The notes beneath the pieces are model-generated. The model ran no database searches. It saw nothing but the letters and a program-made list of their open reading frames with translations, and was not told the DNA's origin. 64,000 nt of DNA. Source: Octopus bimaculoides. Lineage: Eukaryota. The translations under genes were made by a program, and so were the position numbers. Below, one piece after another: positions 36,161 to 50,445 of the stretch. The DNA lies in contig NC_068982.1 in NCBI RefSeq assembly GCF_001194135.2, forward strand, positions 163,441,105 through 163,505,104. Reading direction: 5' to 3'. Each line of letters begins with the position of its first letter. Position 1 is the stretch's first letter.

Positions 36161-36755
36161 GAATTAGAGGGAGAGAGAAAAGAGAGAGAGAAAGGGAGCA
36201 AGAGAGAGAGAAAGGGAGAAAGAGAGACTTGGGTTAATACAAAAAATACATTACCATATATACATTACTTAGCTACATTGATAGTAAATGATATTATGAT
36301 GCTGCCTTCTCTAGTTTACTTTATTCATTTTCATTCTCTTATCATGGAGAAAGGTAACCTGGCTTTTATAAGTGTTACAGGCTGATATCCATCATAAACA
36401 AACTGGACAGATCTCACTGCATCTTGTTCAGATTCATTTGGAGCAGATCAATCTAATTTGAAGTGGAGAATAACCATAGGCTTGCATGTGGGAGGAAAAC
36501 ATGTTTATTTTAATGCTCTGTCTCACTAATGAGACCTTAAGACACATGAAAATGGAGAAAAGCCTAAGTTTGGAAATTAATTTTCTCCAGTGCCATTGTT
36601 CATTCTGCATATCTCTTTCAAGGTGAGATGCATAATGACAACAAAATGACCCTGAACTTGTATTGTGAACATTTCAGCAAATTAAATATGTTCTGAAAAT
36701 GAACGATGCATTTTTTAGGGCATTGTATGTAACCATTTTGAATAATAACAGTAAT

Positions 36756-36940
36756 GGTTGATTAATTCCAGGTCAGCACTGACCAAACAGATTTATGTCA
36801 GGATTTGATCTGTGACCATACTGCTTTTCTTCTCCAAGATCTATTAAAAGTGTTTTTCTATTTTTAAGATGGTATGATTGTGATTTGAGGGAGATTTGCC
36901 TGTGATTTCTAGCTGATCAAGTACCAGTGCATAGATTCTC
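36756..36940 (-). repeat. Family D repeat
   Basis: CCAGGTCAGC..GTGACCAT..TGTGATTTGAGGGAGATTTG..ATTTCTAGC. Confidence 0.65.
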
Positions 36941-37574
36941 TCATTGGTTCATCTGTAATAAGTTGTATAAGCTAGTCTCATTGATAAATAAACTCTTCAA
37001 AGATTAGAACATTAAACCTTTCAAGACAATAAATTGACAGATTGTTGACAGAACGAATAGTGGCTATGGTATAGAACTATTATAATTCTAAAATTACTGA
37101 ACTCAGATCACCACCATTTTCTATTCTCTGTCAATTAAGCTACTCTAAATAAAGAAATAAATAAAATAGAAAGAAAGAAACACTGCTGTGTTATGACTAC
37201 TTTGAGTGGAAACTGCTTACATGAAAGTTATTTCAGTAAAAGCAAAAAAATAGAAACCAAATAATAAAAAGCAGACTGAAAGTAATATGAAAGTTGTACA
37301 CTCCCACTTTGACAATAATTAATTAGCAAGACAAAATGATTTCTATCATTTACAAAAGATGCTAATCAGAAATTGGGCAATTAAAACGACAACCTGATTA
37401 GTTGCCTGGCTCAGCAAAAGTACTCTTTGATAGCATCTCTTTAATTTACTTTGGATATTATCTGAGTGAGAACAGCACCTGCCATTGATTATTTCTGTGG
37501 TTCACCACTAATTCCACTCCAGCCACCAACTAGAGGGATAATAGTGCACAAACTAGCATCTTAGTAGTTGACTG

Positions 37575-37712
37575 TATAGGTAGAATTGTTAGTGTTGGGT
37601 GGAATGTTTAATGGTACTATTCCAACATTCTGTGCCCTTAGTTCAATCCCCATTGAGGTCAACACTGCTTTTATCTTTTCAGGACCAATACAAAAGTACC
37701 ACCCTAACAGTG
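37575..37712 (+). mobile_element. Family C SINE, old
   Basis: GGTAGAATTGTTAG head, GTTCAATCCC B box, GAGGTCAAC..GCTTTTATCTTTTCAGG..AAAAGTACC. Confidence 0.55.
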
Positions 37713-38022
37713 CATGATTTTTATTCCTTGTACCACAGAATGATATGAGATCTGCACTGGATTGTTGTTTTGTTGTTGATGGAACTGTAAGAACATCAGA
37801 CCAGGTTCCTTCCAGTATTTGTCCTGGATCTTTGCATTCTGAGTTCAGATCCCACTATGATCTACTTGGATGATAGACTAAATGCATTGCTTAATTTAGC
37901 ATCACCACCTTGAATGCCTTTAGAAGAGTTCACTTGGTGACAAGCTTTTGAGCAAGGCTTGAGGCTACCTTCCTTGCACCCTCCTACCAGTTTTGGGCAC
38001 TGCCTTTCTTCTTGAGAGAGAA

Positions 38023-38025
<3 letters not shown>

Positions 38026-38098
<73 letters not shown>

Positions 38099-38108
38099 TG
38101 AGAGAGAG
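38026..38108. repeat. (GA)n microsatellite
   Basis: Direct reading. Confidence 0.95.
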
Positions 38109-40269
38109 ATGGGGGGGGGGGGGAGAAAAAAAGAGTGTACAAGTGGAACACATTTCTTCAAGTAAGTTCTATAAATCGATGACTTGTAGAATTTCATTTG
38201 ACACCTTCCCAGTCAATGTGTTGAAAAACGACCTTCCATTCTAGGTTTATGGGAAAAAGACAGGGTTAGACTTTATAAGAGAAAACCTTCCTCAATACAG
38301 TAAGAGGATAGTAAACAAACGTGTAATCTTGAAGTAGATAATCCAATGTATTATTTTTCCAAAATATTGAGATTTGAGGGAAGTTTGGTTGCTATTTCTA
38401 TTGTTTAATGTCCATTTTCCAATGCTGGCAAGTAACCACATAGATGTCCCAACATTGGTCATCTAGTCTTTATTGTAGGTATTTTGTTTAAAAAACCATT
38501 CACGAACAATGCCACAACATTAGGCCCATGCTCTCTCTCCTTTGCCTTTTCTATTCTTACTAGAATGGCTTCTGTTACTCAAGGCTGGCTGGTCTCATGC
38601 TATCTTCACTCAGGCACTCCAGACTCATCTTTTCTCCTTTCATAACCCATGCTATAGGCAATCCCTTGCCTCCCACCCATACTAACCACTAGCCCTTTCT
38701 CTCCAGAACAGTGGCACTCCGGAATTCCTCACATGCTTATCTTTGCCCAGAAAGTGTCAAGCAGAACATTAGTGACATAAATCTCACTAGTGTTGGAAAG
38801 CTTGCAAAGGCCATTGGTTACTCTCTTCAGACCCAGGAATTAAAAGAAAAAAAAAACCCTTTGAAACATATGTTGCCCCCCTTTTTAAAGCTAGAAGTTG
38901 AGTGATATGAAGAAGATTTGAATATTTGATTATTATGTTGAGCATGTCACTGCAATTAAAAGAATTTTGGTGGCTGGTTCAATTAGTTGGTTACAAGTCA
39001 TTTTAAGTATGATCCTAAACTGTTCATTCAATGTTTAAAAAAGACAGTCAATGTTTAAATAATATAGTCCTTGACATGAATCATGAGACTTGTAAGACAA
39101 AAAAAAAAAAATACTGATTTAAATATACATAAGATTTTTCTAGATATGATTGAAAAATATTATGTGGAACACCTTGAATGAAAGGCTACTTTGAGGAGAA
39201 AGAACAACATTATTTATTACATACACAAAGTGGTGTGTCAATAATTTTCTTGTATAAATTGCTGAAGAAAGGAAAAACTCTAATTTATAATTGCATCAGA
39301 ACATAGACATACACTCAGGGTGAAGTCTATTTTCCCCTTTTTCTATATATATATATTTCTTTCTTTTTCATATCAACAGATATAGACACACAGACAATAT
39401 ACACTTCCAAAATGCACACCAATACCTACACACTAGTATCTATCTACACAATAAAATATTGTATCTTTAAATATTAATGAATACCTAAAAGTAGTCGTTG
39501 CAATAATTATTGCTTTCCACTTGCAGTTTTTTAATTTTTTTTTACTTCCTTTTTTTTTCAAACTGAAGTTTTCACGGTTGTTCATACTGGTTCTGCAGCT
39601 GCTGATTAACCAATCACATTAGACACAGAATAAGAAAACTTGTACAGTGATCAATACAAGGAGTCATTGTTTAGAACAAGAACAACATAAGATGCAAAAA
39701 ATAAAAATAAGCAAGTAACAACAACTGCAGCAGCAACAAAAATATTCAGAGAAACCCCACTCTACCTAACTATACTTTTAAACATTATGAGATGAGGAAA
39801 GATGAATAATAACAATAAAAAGAAGCAAAAACAAAAAGCAACAAAAGAAGAGAATTGAGAGGAAATGAGAATTTTAACATATTTATTTCAAAGAAAAATA
39901 TATACAATGAGTTCTTCAAGAGAATAGTTTGCTAATGATGTAGTAGCTAGCTCTTAACAATCAAGGTTTCACAGTTATTCAAAAAGCTAGAGGTATGTAT
40001 TAAAAAATAAATTTGCAGAAGTTATAACTACAACGTTGTCTGTACAACTATTAGAAGAGGATGTTGTAGTGTTAGGGTTTATTCAACTTGATGAGAAGAT
40101 GATAACAGGCACAAAGAAATAAGTTTAAAGTACTAATGTTTTGCAAATATAGTAGATACCAAAGTGAATTTTCTGTTAGGGGAAAAATAGGGAAGACTAC
40201 AATAACTGTAAGGATATCAATCAAAACTAATAACTGAGCTTCAGTGTGATTGGAAAGTATCACATCACT

Positions 40270-40500
40270 GATGGAGAAGCTGGTCTTGTTTTACATAATG
40301 CACCAAATCATAGAGGTAGCACTCAAAGACTTCTTGATGAAATGTATCTAGAGTAATGCCTTTCTAGTTTAAATTATTAGTTTATTTGATAAATAAAAAT
40401 GATTTGATCAATGAATATTTTACCTTTTGATGAAACATTTCCAGTCCACCAATTAAGATATTAGTGACACACGTAATTCACTGGGTCATCATTATGAAAC
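40270..40500 (+). mobile_element. Possible pogo/Tigger DDE transposase relic
   Basis: 40285-40311 LVLHNAPNH resembles LLxLDNAPxH; downstream LPFDETFPVHQL weakly resembles LPPNTTSxxQP; several stops. Confidence 0.3.
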
Positions 40501-40894
40501 CACCAAGAAGACTTTGTTTTTATGTAGTCTTAAGAACCAGATAGTTGACCAAGGAAAATGTATAATCTTCAAGGGAAGATTTGATTTCAGTACAAAAATC
40601 TAATGAAACTCTCACCAGTTACACAGTACTTCTGCTGCTTAGTACACCTTACCAATCAACAGCTAGGCCACCTGCAAGTAAACTTTCTGGTTATGATCTC
40701 AGTGTAGGAAAAGTGACAAGACAAGCACTGAGTGAATCCTTATTAGAGTGTTTGACATGCTATCTCACCATAGGAGATCAATACTTTCATAATTAAAGTA
40801 GTCAATAGATCTCTTAGAGAGACTGCTATAAACTTTGACAGAATAATGGATCTAAAATTGTTTGAGAGACCTATATGTAGAATGCAGAGTTGTT

Positions 40895-41085
40895 CCTGAA
40901 GTTTGTTCAGTCCAAGCCAGCTCTGACTGAGCAGACTTATAATCTAGTTATAATGATCCTTTCTTTTTGTGAATCAGGGATTAGAGTGTATAAAGTGTTG
41001 ATCCTTACTTTTAACTCAGTAGAATTTGATGTGAGAGACATTTGCTGCTATATCAAGCCAGTTATGTGACCATATAGTGGCTCTC
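40895..41085 (-). repeat. Family D repeat
   Basis: GAGCAGACTTAT..GATGTGAGAGACATTTGCTGCTATATCAAGC..GTGACCAT. Confidence 0.55.
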
Positions 41086-42359
41086 TTATGGAAGATGGAG
41101 AAGCTATAGTAGTATGTGGAGCAATTATATACCTATAAACTTCATAGAAAGCGGAATATAATGGGTTTACTGCTTGGTAACTAGCAGAACAAATAAACAC
41201 TGTTGTAAGACTGAAGGTAGACTGACTATTTGCTAGCTTAGTAGTGAAGCAATGCAGAACAGTGAAACAACAATATGAATAAATTAGCATAGGAAAAACG
41301 TGACTTTTAATTAATGATGACGATGACATTAAATTCCAGTGGTGAAGAAGTTCTTATAACATTCAGAACTTAGCAAACTTTTGCTAGTTGGGAAAAGGAA
41401 GAAAGTTTAATGTTAAATAGCTTGCTTTCTTTTTAATAGCTAACTGTCTTTCTGTTTAACTGACATCAACTCCATGAAGTGTTCTGCATACAAAATACAA
41501 ATGCAGTAGAGCTTCATGTATGTAATATCATGAGTTGGAAAACTTCCATTAACTGAAATTATCCATGTAATTGATAGACAAAATCTCCCTCTTAGAGTGT
41601 TTAAAATCTAAAAACAGCAAGTAAAGGAGACAACTCAAATAAAATTAATTCAAATTTTAGTAAACATAGTAAAAACAATATGGGTGTGGATTGGGTTGTT
41701 AAACCAACTGGTGAAAGCAACAGACATGTTTCAGCCTTATCAAATCTCTCTATCAAAGCATATTCTACCTAGCTGATTGATTTTATTGAAGTTTTCATCC
41801 TTGCTTGTTGTTTTTAGATTTAAAACACACTTAGAGGGAGTTTTGTCTACTAATAAAATGGATAATCCCAGTTAATTGAAGTTTTTCAACTCACTATATT
41901 AGATATGTGAGACCCTATTGTATATGTTTTTGACATGCAAAACACTCCCCTGGGATATTTTCCCTCAGCCATATTGTTGATACTCATAATGAACATCATG
42001 ACATCATCTCTATTTCTGTATACATTTATCAGTCTTAGTCTTGTTGACTTAGGTGAGGAGATTTAATAGCACTAAAATGTGTTCACTGCATTCACCAACT
42101 GCTTTTAGAGACCAGATCCTCAGCCTTACTGCTTTGTACATTTTTAAAAGTTTCAATTAACTGATTTTATTAGGATTGTCTCCCATGCAATTTTTAAAAA
42201 ATTCTAAACACTTACAGGGAATTTTCATCAACTAATTGCATAGGCAATCTCGGTTAATCAGAATTTATCAATTTACTAAATTATGTATTTGAGACCCTAA
42301 CATATTTGATTTCAAGGCATATTCTCGATAAACTTCACTTCACTGCAATTAAATCAGCT

Positions 42360-42690
42360 ATGCAAATAACACAATTATGCCAGTCATGCAAATATTATAA
42401 GTACATTAGTTATGCAAATATCCCAAGAATATAAGAATTGTAAATTTTATGATTATATCAGTTGTATTTCATGAGTATATCAATGATGTAAATTTCGTAA
42501 TTATGTCAGTTATGTAAATTTCAGGATTCATATATAATATAATTATGTCAAGCATGTAATATGACCACAAGAGTTGTACAAGAACATAATCATATGAGTT
42601 ATGTAATATTATAATTACACAAGCTAGGAAATACCATGATAATATAACTTATGTTACATCATGATATTGGTAGTGTAATATCACGATATT
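42360..42690. repeat. Degenerate ~26-bp minisatellite
   Basis: ATGCAAAT at 42360, 42386 and 42412; later units have ATGTAAAT and AATTATGTCA. Confidence 0.6.
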
Positions 42691-42712
42691 GATTGTATCC
42701 CATGTGTATATC

Positions 42713-42768
42713 CATCCATCCATCCATCCATCCATACATACATACATACATACATACATACATGCATG

Positions 42769-42822
<54 letters not shown>
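42713..42822. repeat. Compound (CCAT)n(ACAT)n(TA)n microsatellite
   Basis: Direct reading. Confidence 0.95.
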
Positions 42823-42826
<4 letters not shown>

Positions 42827-42964
42827 ATGTAATTATATTAGACATAACATGATTATATCAGTAAAGAATAAGAGAAAATGAAGTCTAGCTCACTGATGAA
42901 CCATAAACTATATTATCATAGCAAAACAATATGGTTTTACACTGTGAGTGCAACAACTGAATGA

Positions 42965-43166
42965 AAGTGCTTCTGTACTGCTACTTGGCGTTCTAGAAAA
43001 AGCAGCAACATCTTCTGATCACACGCTTAACTGTCTTAAAGAAAGAAGGCACACTAGATAAAGTCACCCTAGTACCCATAAAAATACAGAATGGTCACAG
43101 TTGGCATATCTTTGATCACAGGTCTGCTTGATCAGAGAAGACTTGGGACTAAACAACAATGACAAC
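42965..43166 (+). repeat. Family D repeat
   Basis: CTAGAAAAAGCAGC..ATGGTCACAGTTGGCATATCTTTGATCACAGGTCTGCTTGATCAGA..GGGACTAAACAAC. Confidence 0.75.
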
Positions 43167-46100
43167 CATCTGATCATATTCTGTTTAGTTTTTAATCCAC
43201 TACATTGTAAGGCTAACTCTCATACCATACACTGTACAATCGACTGACTTACTGCCCAAATGCTGACTGGTTATCTCACTAACACCCACGTCAGAAAAAT
43301 CATACCTTAAATAAGAAAAATGTCAGTGTTAAGTTGTTTTGAAAAATTCATTTATGAAAATAATATGTAAGTTTCTGTGCATATGTGTATGATGAATGCA
43401 TTTGTATGTGTTACAAGTGTGTTTGTACTATTAGAAATGGCAACAGAAGCAAAATAAGAAATTCATAAATTATTAAAACCGTAACTTTGATAGTGTAAAA
43501 TAGTGTGAAATACATTGAAAGATATTTTACTATGTAGAAAAGTGCAATTAGTGTACCACCATTAGAGACGAAAGTCAATTAACACCCGACCTAACTTCTC
43601 CATGCATCGATTCTGCTTAGCTTAGCAGAAATAATTACCAGGCTTGCTAATGTAGCAGCCCAGAGGGTTGGTTAAGCTGGTAATTCCAGTAATGTGCTTA
43701 AGTAAAGTGACAGACTGTAGATAAATTGAAATCCAGCTAATGAAGTGCAGCCAGTAGATTACTGCTAACACTGGTGCTATTTCGTAAGCTGCTAATTTCA
43801 ACAGAAGCAGTCAAAGACAATAGCTTATGTCTATAAAAGCTATCAGATGAATACTATTGTTTAGAAGAGGCTAGAACAATAAAAACTGGTGCGTAATCTT
43901 TATGGTTCATGATTCACTTAATACTATACAATACATTGAATGAATATTCCGTACTGAGAATTATGTGCAATAAATGAAGCAGGGTGAACTGCAGAGTTAA
44001 TAGTACCTGCATATTGATGCGGACAGTGGCTACATACATTAGTAGTGTGTAAGACCCCAGTATTTGGTGTGCTAGGAAATAAGAGGCATAACATAAAGCT
44101 GACTTCAAACATATCACATTTATCACAGAACCAACAAGCCTGACTTCACACTCTAATCACACTAATGTTTATAGTTATAGATGGCTGAGTTGATGGAGGG
44201 TTGGGCTTCAAGCTGATGATGGACAAGAGTATATTTTAAAGTTCATGGTTTATGGGTTCAAATCTACTGTTGCTATTTCGTTCCCACTGGAGCAAGACAC
44301 TTTATACAACAGTCTTTAGGTTACTTGGCATTTGGAAATAGGTTTAAGAATTTCTGGAAAAGTTACTTGTGGAAGACTGACATATTATTCAGAAGGAGAT
44401 TTCACCTATTTATTTAATACTGAAATCAAGGTTATGAACCAAATGGACATCTTGGATGTACAAATAGATTAAGTGGTGTTGCGATGTGTGAATTGCTGAG
44501 CCACATCTTTCTTACTGTTTCAGATAAGCTTACAATAGATATGTATCATAGATAAGATCATCTCACTAGTAGAAGCATTATATAATTAACAAGTATTTTG
44601 TCATCTAGTACAACTGCGTTCCAAGTAGTTCTAAGAGAATAGTGCAAATAACAGAAAACTTCATTGAGTGTGTTCTCTCTAACAGGATCATGAAACTGAC
44701 AGGATCATTGGGAGGTTAAACTCTCAGTAAGACTGTCTTATAGACAATAGAAAAACGAATAATAGAGACTTCACTTTTTGCCAGAAAATCTCTAAGCGTA
44801 ATTTCATAAACCACATTTACATTTTCTTGAAAGAATCATAGTAATTTCCCACACAAGAATCCTCTGTTATAAACAGTTTTACACGGCAGAAACAAAGTAC
44901 GGTGTTATAATTAAATAAATATATATTAGGCAAATGTAAATATTTTTTTCCCTTCCCTGCCAATGTATGACACTGCTTATAGCAGTGTTACAACCTTATA
45001 AATTATTTTTCTTCACAAAGTTTCATTATCAAGTTTCACTACCTTGCTATACGAGAGAACTTGTTTATTGTTTTTTGCTGTATGTATCTAAAAATTGCCT
45101 AGGAGAAAAAAGTTTGGTTACCATTGATTTCATCATGATATTTTTTTCTTCTATTCTTACAACTTTTCCTTTTTGTTCTCTATTTTTTATATATTCTATT
45201 TTTATTCTATTTTTTTATGCTCACAAAATATTTTTATTAATAATAAATGGAAAAACAAAGACTGCAGGAGGCAAGACAAAAGTCAAGAAGACTAAATTAA
45301 ACAAAAAGGCTAAAACAAAAGAACAGAAAAACAGAAAAGGCAACCAGGTAGATGAGTGCTAAATTTTCTATTTTTCCCAACAAATAATTGAATTAAAGAT
45401 GTAAAGAAAATAGGTGCGACTATTTTGCATAAACTTTTAGAGACAAAATTTGTTTACTGATAAATGTACAAGGGGGAAAAAAGAGAAAAGAAAGAAAGAA
45501 GACAGAAAAATGTAAAAGCAAACAAAAACTTGGAGGAGGGGACCCAGAAAAGAGGAAAAGTGTTTATATGACAGCTGAAATGTGATACAGATTTTGGTTA
45601 GTTGTGAATAGATATATATATAAAGAAGAACGAAAAAAAGAGAAAGTCATCTGTGAATCACATACTCAATGATTAAAAAAAAAAAAAACTATAGAAACAA
45701 ACTGAATCATCTCCCTCTCTTTCCTACCTATTTTAATGTTTATATGTCATATTGATTACAGAATGGCTTATGATTGGTCATAACGGCAATCTAATGGATG
45801 CTAAGGTGATGAATGAGATTTCAGTCAGTGAAGTTTTCTCAGCTGCAACACTGAAGCTGAAGAGATTAATATTGAAATTTATGGGTGTTTTTAAATAGGT
45901 TGTCAATATGAACATTATCCAAGGCTAGCTTTATCTAAAGAAGAAACAGTAACATATATTTTCTTCTTTCCACCTAGTACATACAGTCACTTAACTTTAT
46001 ATTCGACACCTTTCATAGCTGGAATTTATTTTCCCTCTATTTTCAGGCAGACATCAATGAAAATCATTTACAGAAAATTCAGTCATTCAACTAAACTTCC

Positions 46101-47219
46101 TAGCACATTTGCATGAAAAACAATTTTAGTGATATTTTTTTTATATAAAAAAAAAAAAACCAACTTTTATATGCAACTATACCAGGTTAGATTACTGGGG
46201 ATGGTGGGGGTAGGGTGGAGGTGGAAACAACAGTGTAATTTGTGTTTTCTAATTCACTTCACTGGATTTCTTATAAACTTGACATTTGTAAAGTTTGTCT
46301 TAGAAAAGAAAAAAATATAACTTCTAATGGTTCTTTTCCATTATGAAGATCACATACATGATACAGAGAACTACTTAATCTCTATAATCATTACCATCAT
46401 TACCACCACCATCATCATCATTATATACTGAAAGATCAATAACAAAGCTTTGTGCTCATCTCTTGCCATCATTATCACACTCCCTCATCACTATCATTAT
46501 CATCATTCATTGCATTGGCATCATTTAGCATATTAACATATTATTAGCATATTAACATCACTGTACACTAAGGATCAATGCCACAAAGATAAAAGAAATC
46601 TATTGAGTTTGGATGATTTGAAATCAAGTCTAGGTAGCACCATTTCTAAGACAGAAAAATGATTGAAATAGTGTGCAACTGTTACTTTTAGATGGTGGAT
46701 AAGTCTTTATCAAATATAACTAAATTGTTACAAGAGTTTTTGTTGAACTTTACAAATAATTTATGATATAGGCTTAGTATTGGAAGCAAAAAGAATCCAA
46801 GTGTTGGTATAACAACAACTACACTATCTCTGTTGCTAAAGATAAAATCTGACCATATCTCGGAGAAGATGAGGGTAAAATCAGCATTTTTAATGACCCA
46901 TGCTAACAATTTTGATTGAGATGTTTTTTGATATTGCAATTAAAATAGTGATTCCTTAGATGTTGTATTAACAAAAGCCTTCTCTAAACCATGCTTGAAT
47001 GTGTGTGTATGTGCAAATATTGTGTGCAATCGATGTAGCAAGTAAACCAAATTTTGCACAAAATTTAAAACAACATCTGTTGTTCACAGAGTTATGAGAA
47101 TAAATGGTCAAATATGGTGCCAGTTTCCACTCCATTCAATTGTCTATTATCCACCACTGGTTTATTGGCCTATATGTCCATGACAATCAACAGTGTGATG
47201 GTCAGTGATGATTAGTCTT

Positions 47220-47420
47220 GGCCATATCCACCAAGGTCAAATTTGAACTTGAATGTGAAGAACAAATGCTTCAAGGCATTGGAGCTGATGCTAGTCTAAT
47301 GCTCTGAACTGGTATTCTATTATTATTCAACCCTGAAAAGAGGAATGGCAAAGTTGATCTTAACAGGTGAAAATGCAGAGAGCCAGAACGAATACACAAA
47401 TCAGCTGATGCTCTAATAAC
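47220..47420 (-). mobile_element. Family C SINE, old
   Basis: CTGGTATTCTATTATTATTCAACCCTGAAAAGAGGAATGGCAAAGTTGATCTT. Confidence 0.55.
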
Positions 47421-50400
47421 TTTGACTGCTTTCCATGTATGTTTTTAATCATTGGACTATGGCCACTCTGGGGTACTAATCCATTACATTGATCTGCAGT
47501 AGTTGGTTGGTATTTGTGTTATTTAATTTGGGAAGAGTTGCAAATTTAACCAAAGTGGTGTTTGAGCTTTTAACTGAAAAGGATATAACCAAATACTACA
47601 TTCTTCTGATTTCTACCAATTCTGCTAACCATTCTTTGCGATAGAAAGTATACAAATTTATTGCTTTGTGAAGTACTTAACAGAATTATATCAATTTTTT
47701 CACGTTTAAATGCACTGAACAATTCAGTTCATAGATATTTTGTCACTGGGGTAAGACAAATTGCTCATCATAACATAACCATTAAAATGTGAGGAAAGTT
47801 TGATAGTAAATATACAGCACAAAGAGAAGTAAACTTAGGGGGTGGAGAAAAAAAACAAAAAAACTTTAATATTCATCTTGCCAAAGATTATTGACTGTTT
47901 TAATGAGAAGATAGAAACTTTACATAAAGCATCATTTCTCGTAAACTTCATCTTTGATTCTAGACACAAAATCTCCTAAACAAAAACCACAGAGTGGTAC
48001 TGAACAAGCTGAAACCGAATTTCACTTGAAATTGATTGATTCTAAGGAACGCTGTATCCTTAGCACAGCTAAACTGGCTGTCAGTAGAAATAAACTGGTT
48101 TATTCTTGTTGAGTTATTAATTTTATTATAGTAACTATTTTTGTTTTCTATTCATTCCTTCTTTATACTATTTCATTCAATTCTTCGCTTTCATCAGGTA
48201 AGAATTGGTAAGCAGCTTTATTACATCCTCTTAGAGGGGCTGCACGAGAACCATATTAGATGTTCAGCTGTAAGAAACACGATACAGTGATAAGACTTAG
48301 TAAAGAGAGCCTAAGCTGTATGAAGATAGATACTGAAATATTTGTAAAAATGCTAAAGACAAATGACAGTGTATGATTATTTAGCAATGAATTTCAGTGT
48401 GATTGTATATGAACATGTGTGCATGTGTATGTATGTATGTATACCCATCTGTAAGTATGCATGTGATTGTTGATGGAAAGAAATTGAAAAGTACAGAGAT
48501 AATTCTTTAGCAAAGAAATTATTATTATTGAAATTTGCTTTACCATTTAATGAATACATTCTAAAATGCACTTAGATGTCTTAGAATTGTACTTGTGTCA
48601 TAAACTCATGTTTATAAAACTGGTGTCTTAGAATGATATTGGTGTCATAAAACTGCACTGATTCAACTATACTGATGTCATAAAACTGTACCCTAAAGCT
48701 AAACTCTTAAATATTGCAATATTTCTTGTAAATTTTCTTTCTTTATTTTCCACAAAGAATAATGAATGGCTAATTGTAAGAATGTGGAGTTTCTCAGCTG
48801 ATAGTATTTTATGTTTCAAGAGATTAATTTTGATTGGACATGCTTTGAGAAGACTGGGTATATTTTTTTAATCGCAACAATCAAGTTACAGAGCCCAATC
48901 ATACTTTAGGAGCTTTGTGACGGACATATATTTCACAATCTAATGAGAGTCTAGCTACATGATGTTCCAGATATAATGAAACTGTTGACCTTGTCATGGA
49001 TAGAGACCAACAGTGCTGGCAGATTCATCAGTATTGCAAGGATAACTTCTTTTATGCTGTAGAAATGGAAAAAAAAACAACAAAAAAAACAAGATAGATT
49101 TACCTTTTTATTAAAACCTTCATTGGGACAATCGAAGACTCCTGAGCTAGATGGAACCACCAGACTTGTCTGAACCACAAGAATACATTTTCACTTTGAA
49201 CATATTTGATGTATATAAAGAACCCAGATAAATGTTCCAGAAAATAGTTGATGCTTATCTAAGTAAATATGCGCTTCCAAAGCAAAGTTTATAACATAAA
49301 CCTTGCTGTAAACACAGAAAGAATATTATGAGATGAAATAACATTAATTAGTCTGTTATTCGACACAAATGTTTCTATTATGATTGTTATATTGGCAAGT
49401 TTAATCTAACCTAGTCATCTTATCCTCAATCATATTTTCTCAACAATTTGTTTTCTCCCACTTCTTTAAAATAAGCCCGTTCAATATGAAATTAAACACT
49501 TCCATTAGTGTTGGGAAGCAATGAAAAAGAGGGAGAGAAAAGAGAGAATGGGAGGAAGAGAGGAGAGAGAATGAGAGAAAGAAAGAAATTTTTATCAGAC
49601 CTGTTTCATCAATGCAAGCCAAAGATTAGAAAGAATGTTCTTGAAAAGAATGCCGATGACTGAAATGCAAGTCAGTGTATAAACATGTTATAGACAAAAT
49701 CAGTAAATATAACCCACAAGTGCCTCAAATAAAATGCTTTGTTTTACAATGTGAACTCAAGGACTGACTGCTATAACCAGCTGGGTAATAAGGAGGCTAT
49801 TTCAAAACTTTGTCATATAATGTATTTTAAGAAAGCATGCTTGCCATAACCTATCCCACACTCAAGTAAATATCTGCCTGCCCATCTCATAAATCAGAGA
49901 CTGTTATTTTACAGTTTCTATACATTTTGCTACATTGACAAGCAACTCACCTTGGACATCTTTATACTGAAAATAGTTTTATCACAACCCGTTTATATTT
50001 TAGTTGTGCAAACCAAACATCACAGACAAGTGGCATAAAGTACCAAGGAGAAGAATATAAATAATATGGGTTCAAATGGATAAGAGGTTAATGTAATTCA
50101 AAAGGTAAATAATGGAAAAGAGATACAAATAAGAAAAGAAAAAAGCTTAACTTATCATTATTGACATAACACTTTAGTGTACATGTGACTAATAGTGTTG
50201 GCTATGTTGATGTATTAACATGGACAAGATCAAATGATAAAAGAGAAAATTTTCAGTTTCAGTGTGATTAAAAATTGCTATTTCCAACACACAACTCACA
50301 GTTTTCTCAGATACTGTGTTTTACAGGTATACAAAATAACAGAGTTCATTGGTACATTAAAATAGTAGAACCTCATCTTTTATTCTGACTTTGGTATACT

Positions 50401-50445
50401 GGCTGGATACAAAATAAGCTTTTCCTCATCTATCAATGAAATTCA

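Noticed and set aside
16131-36167. Long ORFs of 150-390 aa around 16.1-16.9, 30.1-31.3 and 35.2-36.2 kb
   Set aside because: Composed almost entirely of X from N-gaps plus (TA)n translation.
36380-36500. KLDRSHCILFRFIWSR, faintly like L1/Tx1 RT C-terminal sequence
   Set aside because: Single weak motif without colinear support.
42155-42275. Weak inverted repeats here and at 37045-37134 and 53041-53116
   Set aside because: Arms are short and gapped, and not distinguishable from chance by eye in AT-rich sequence.
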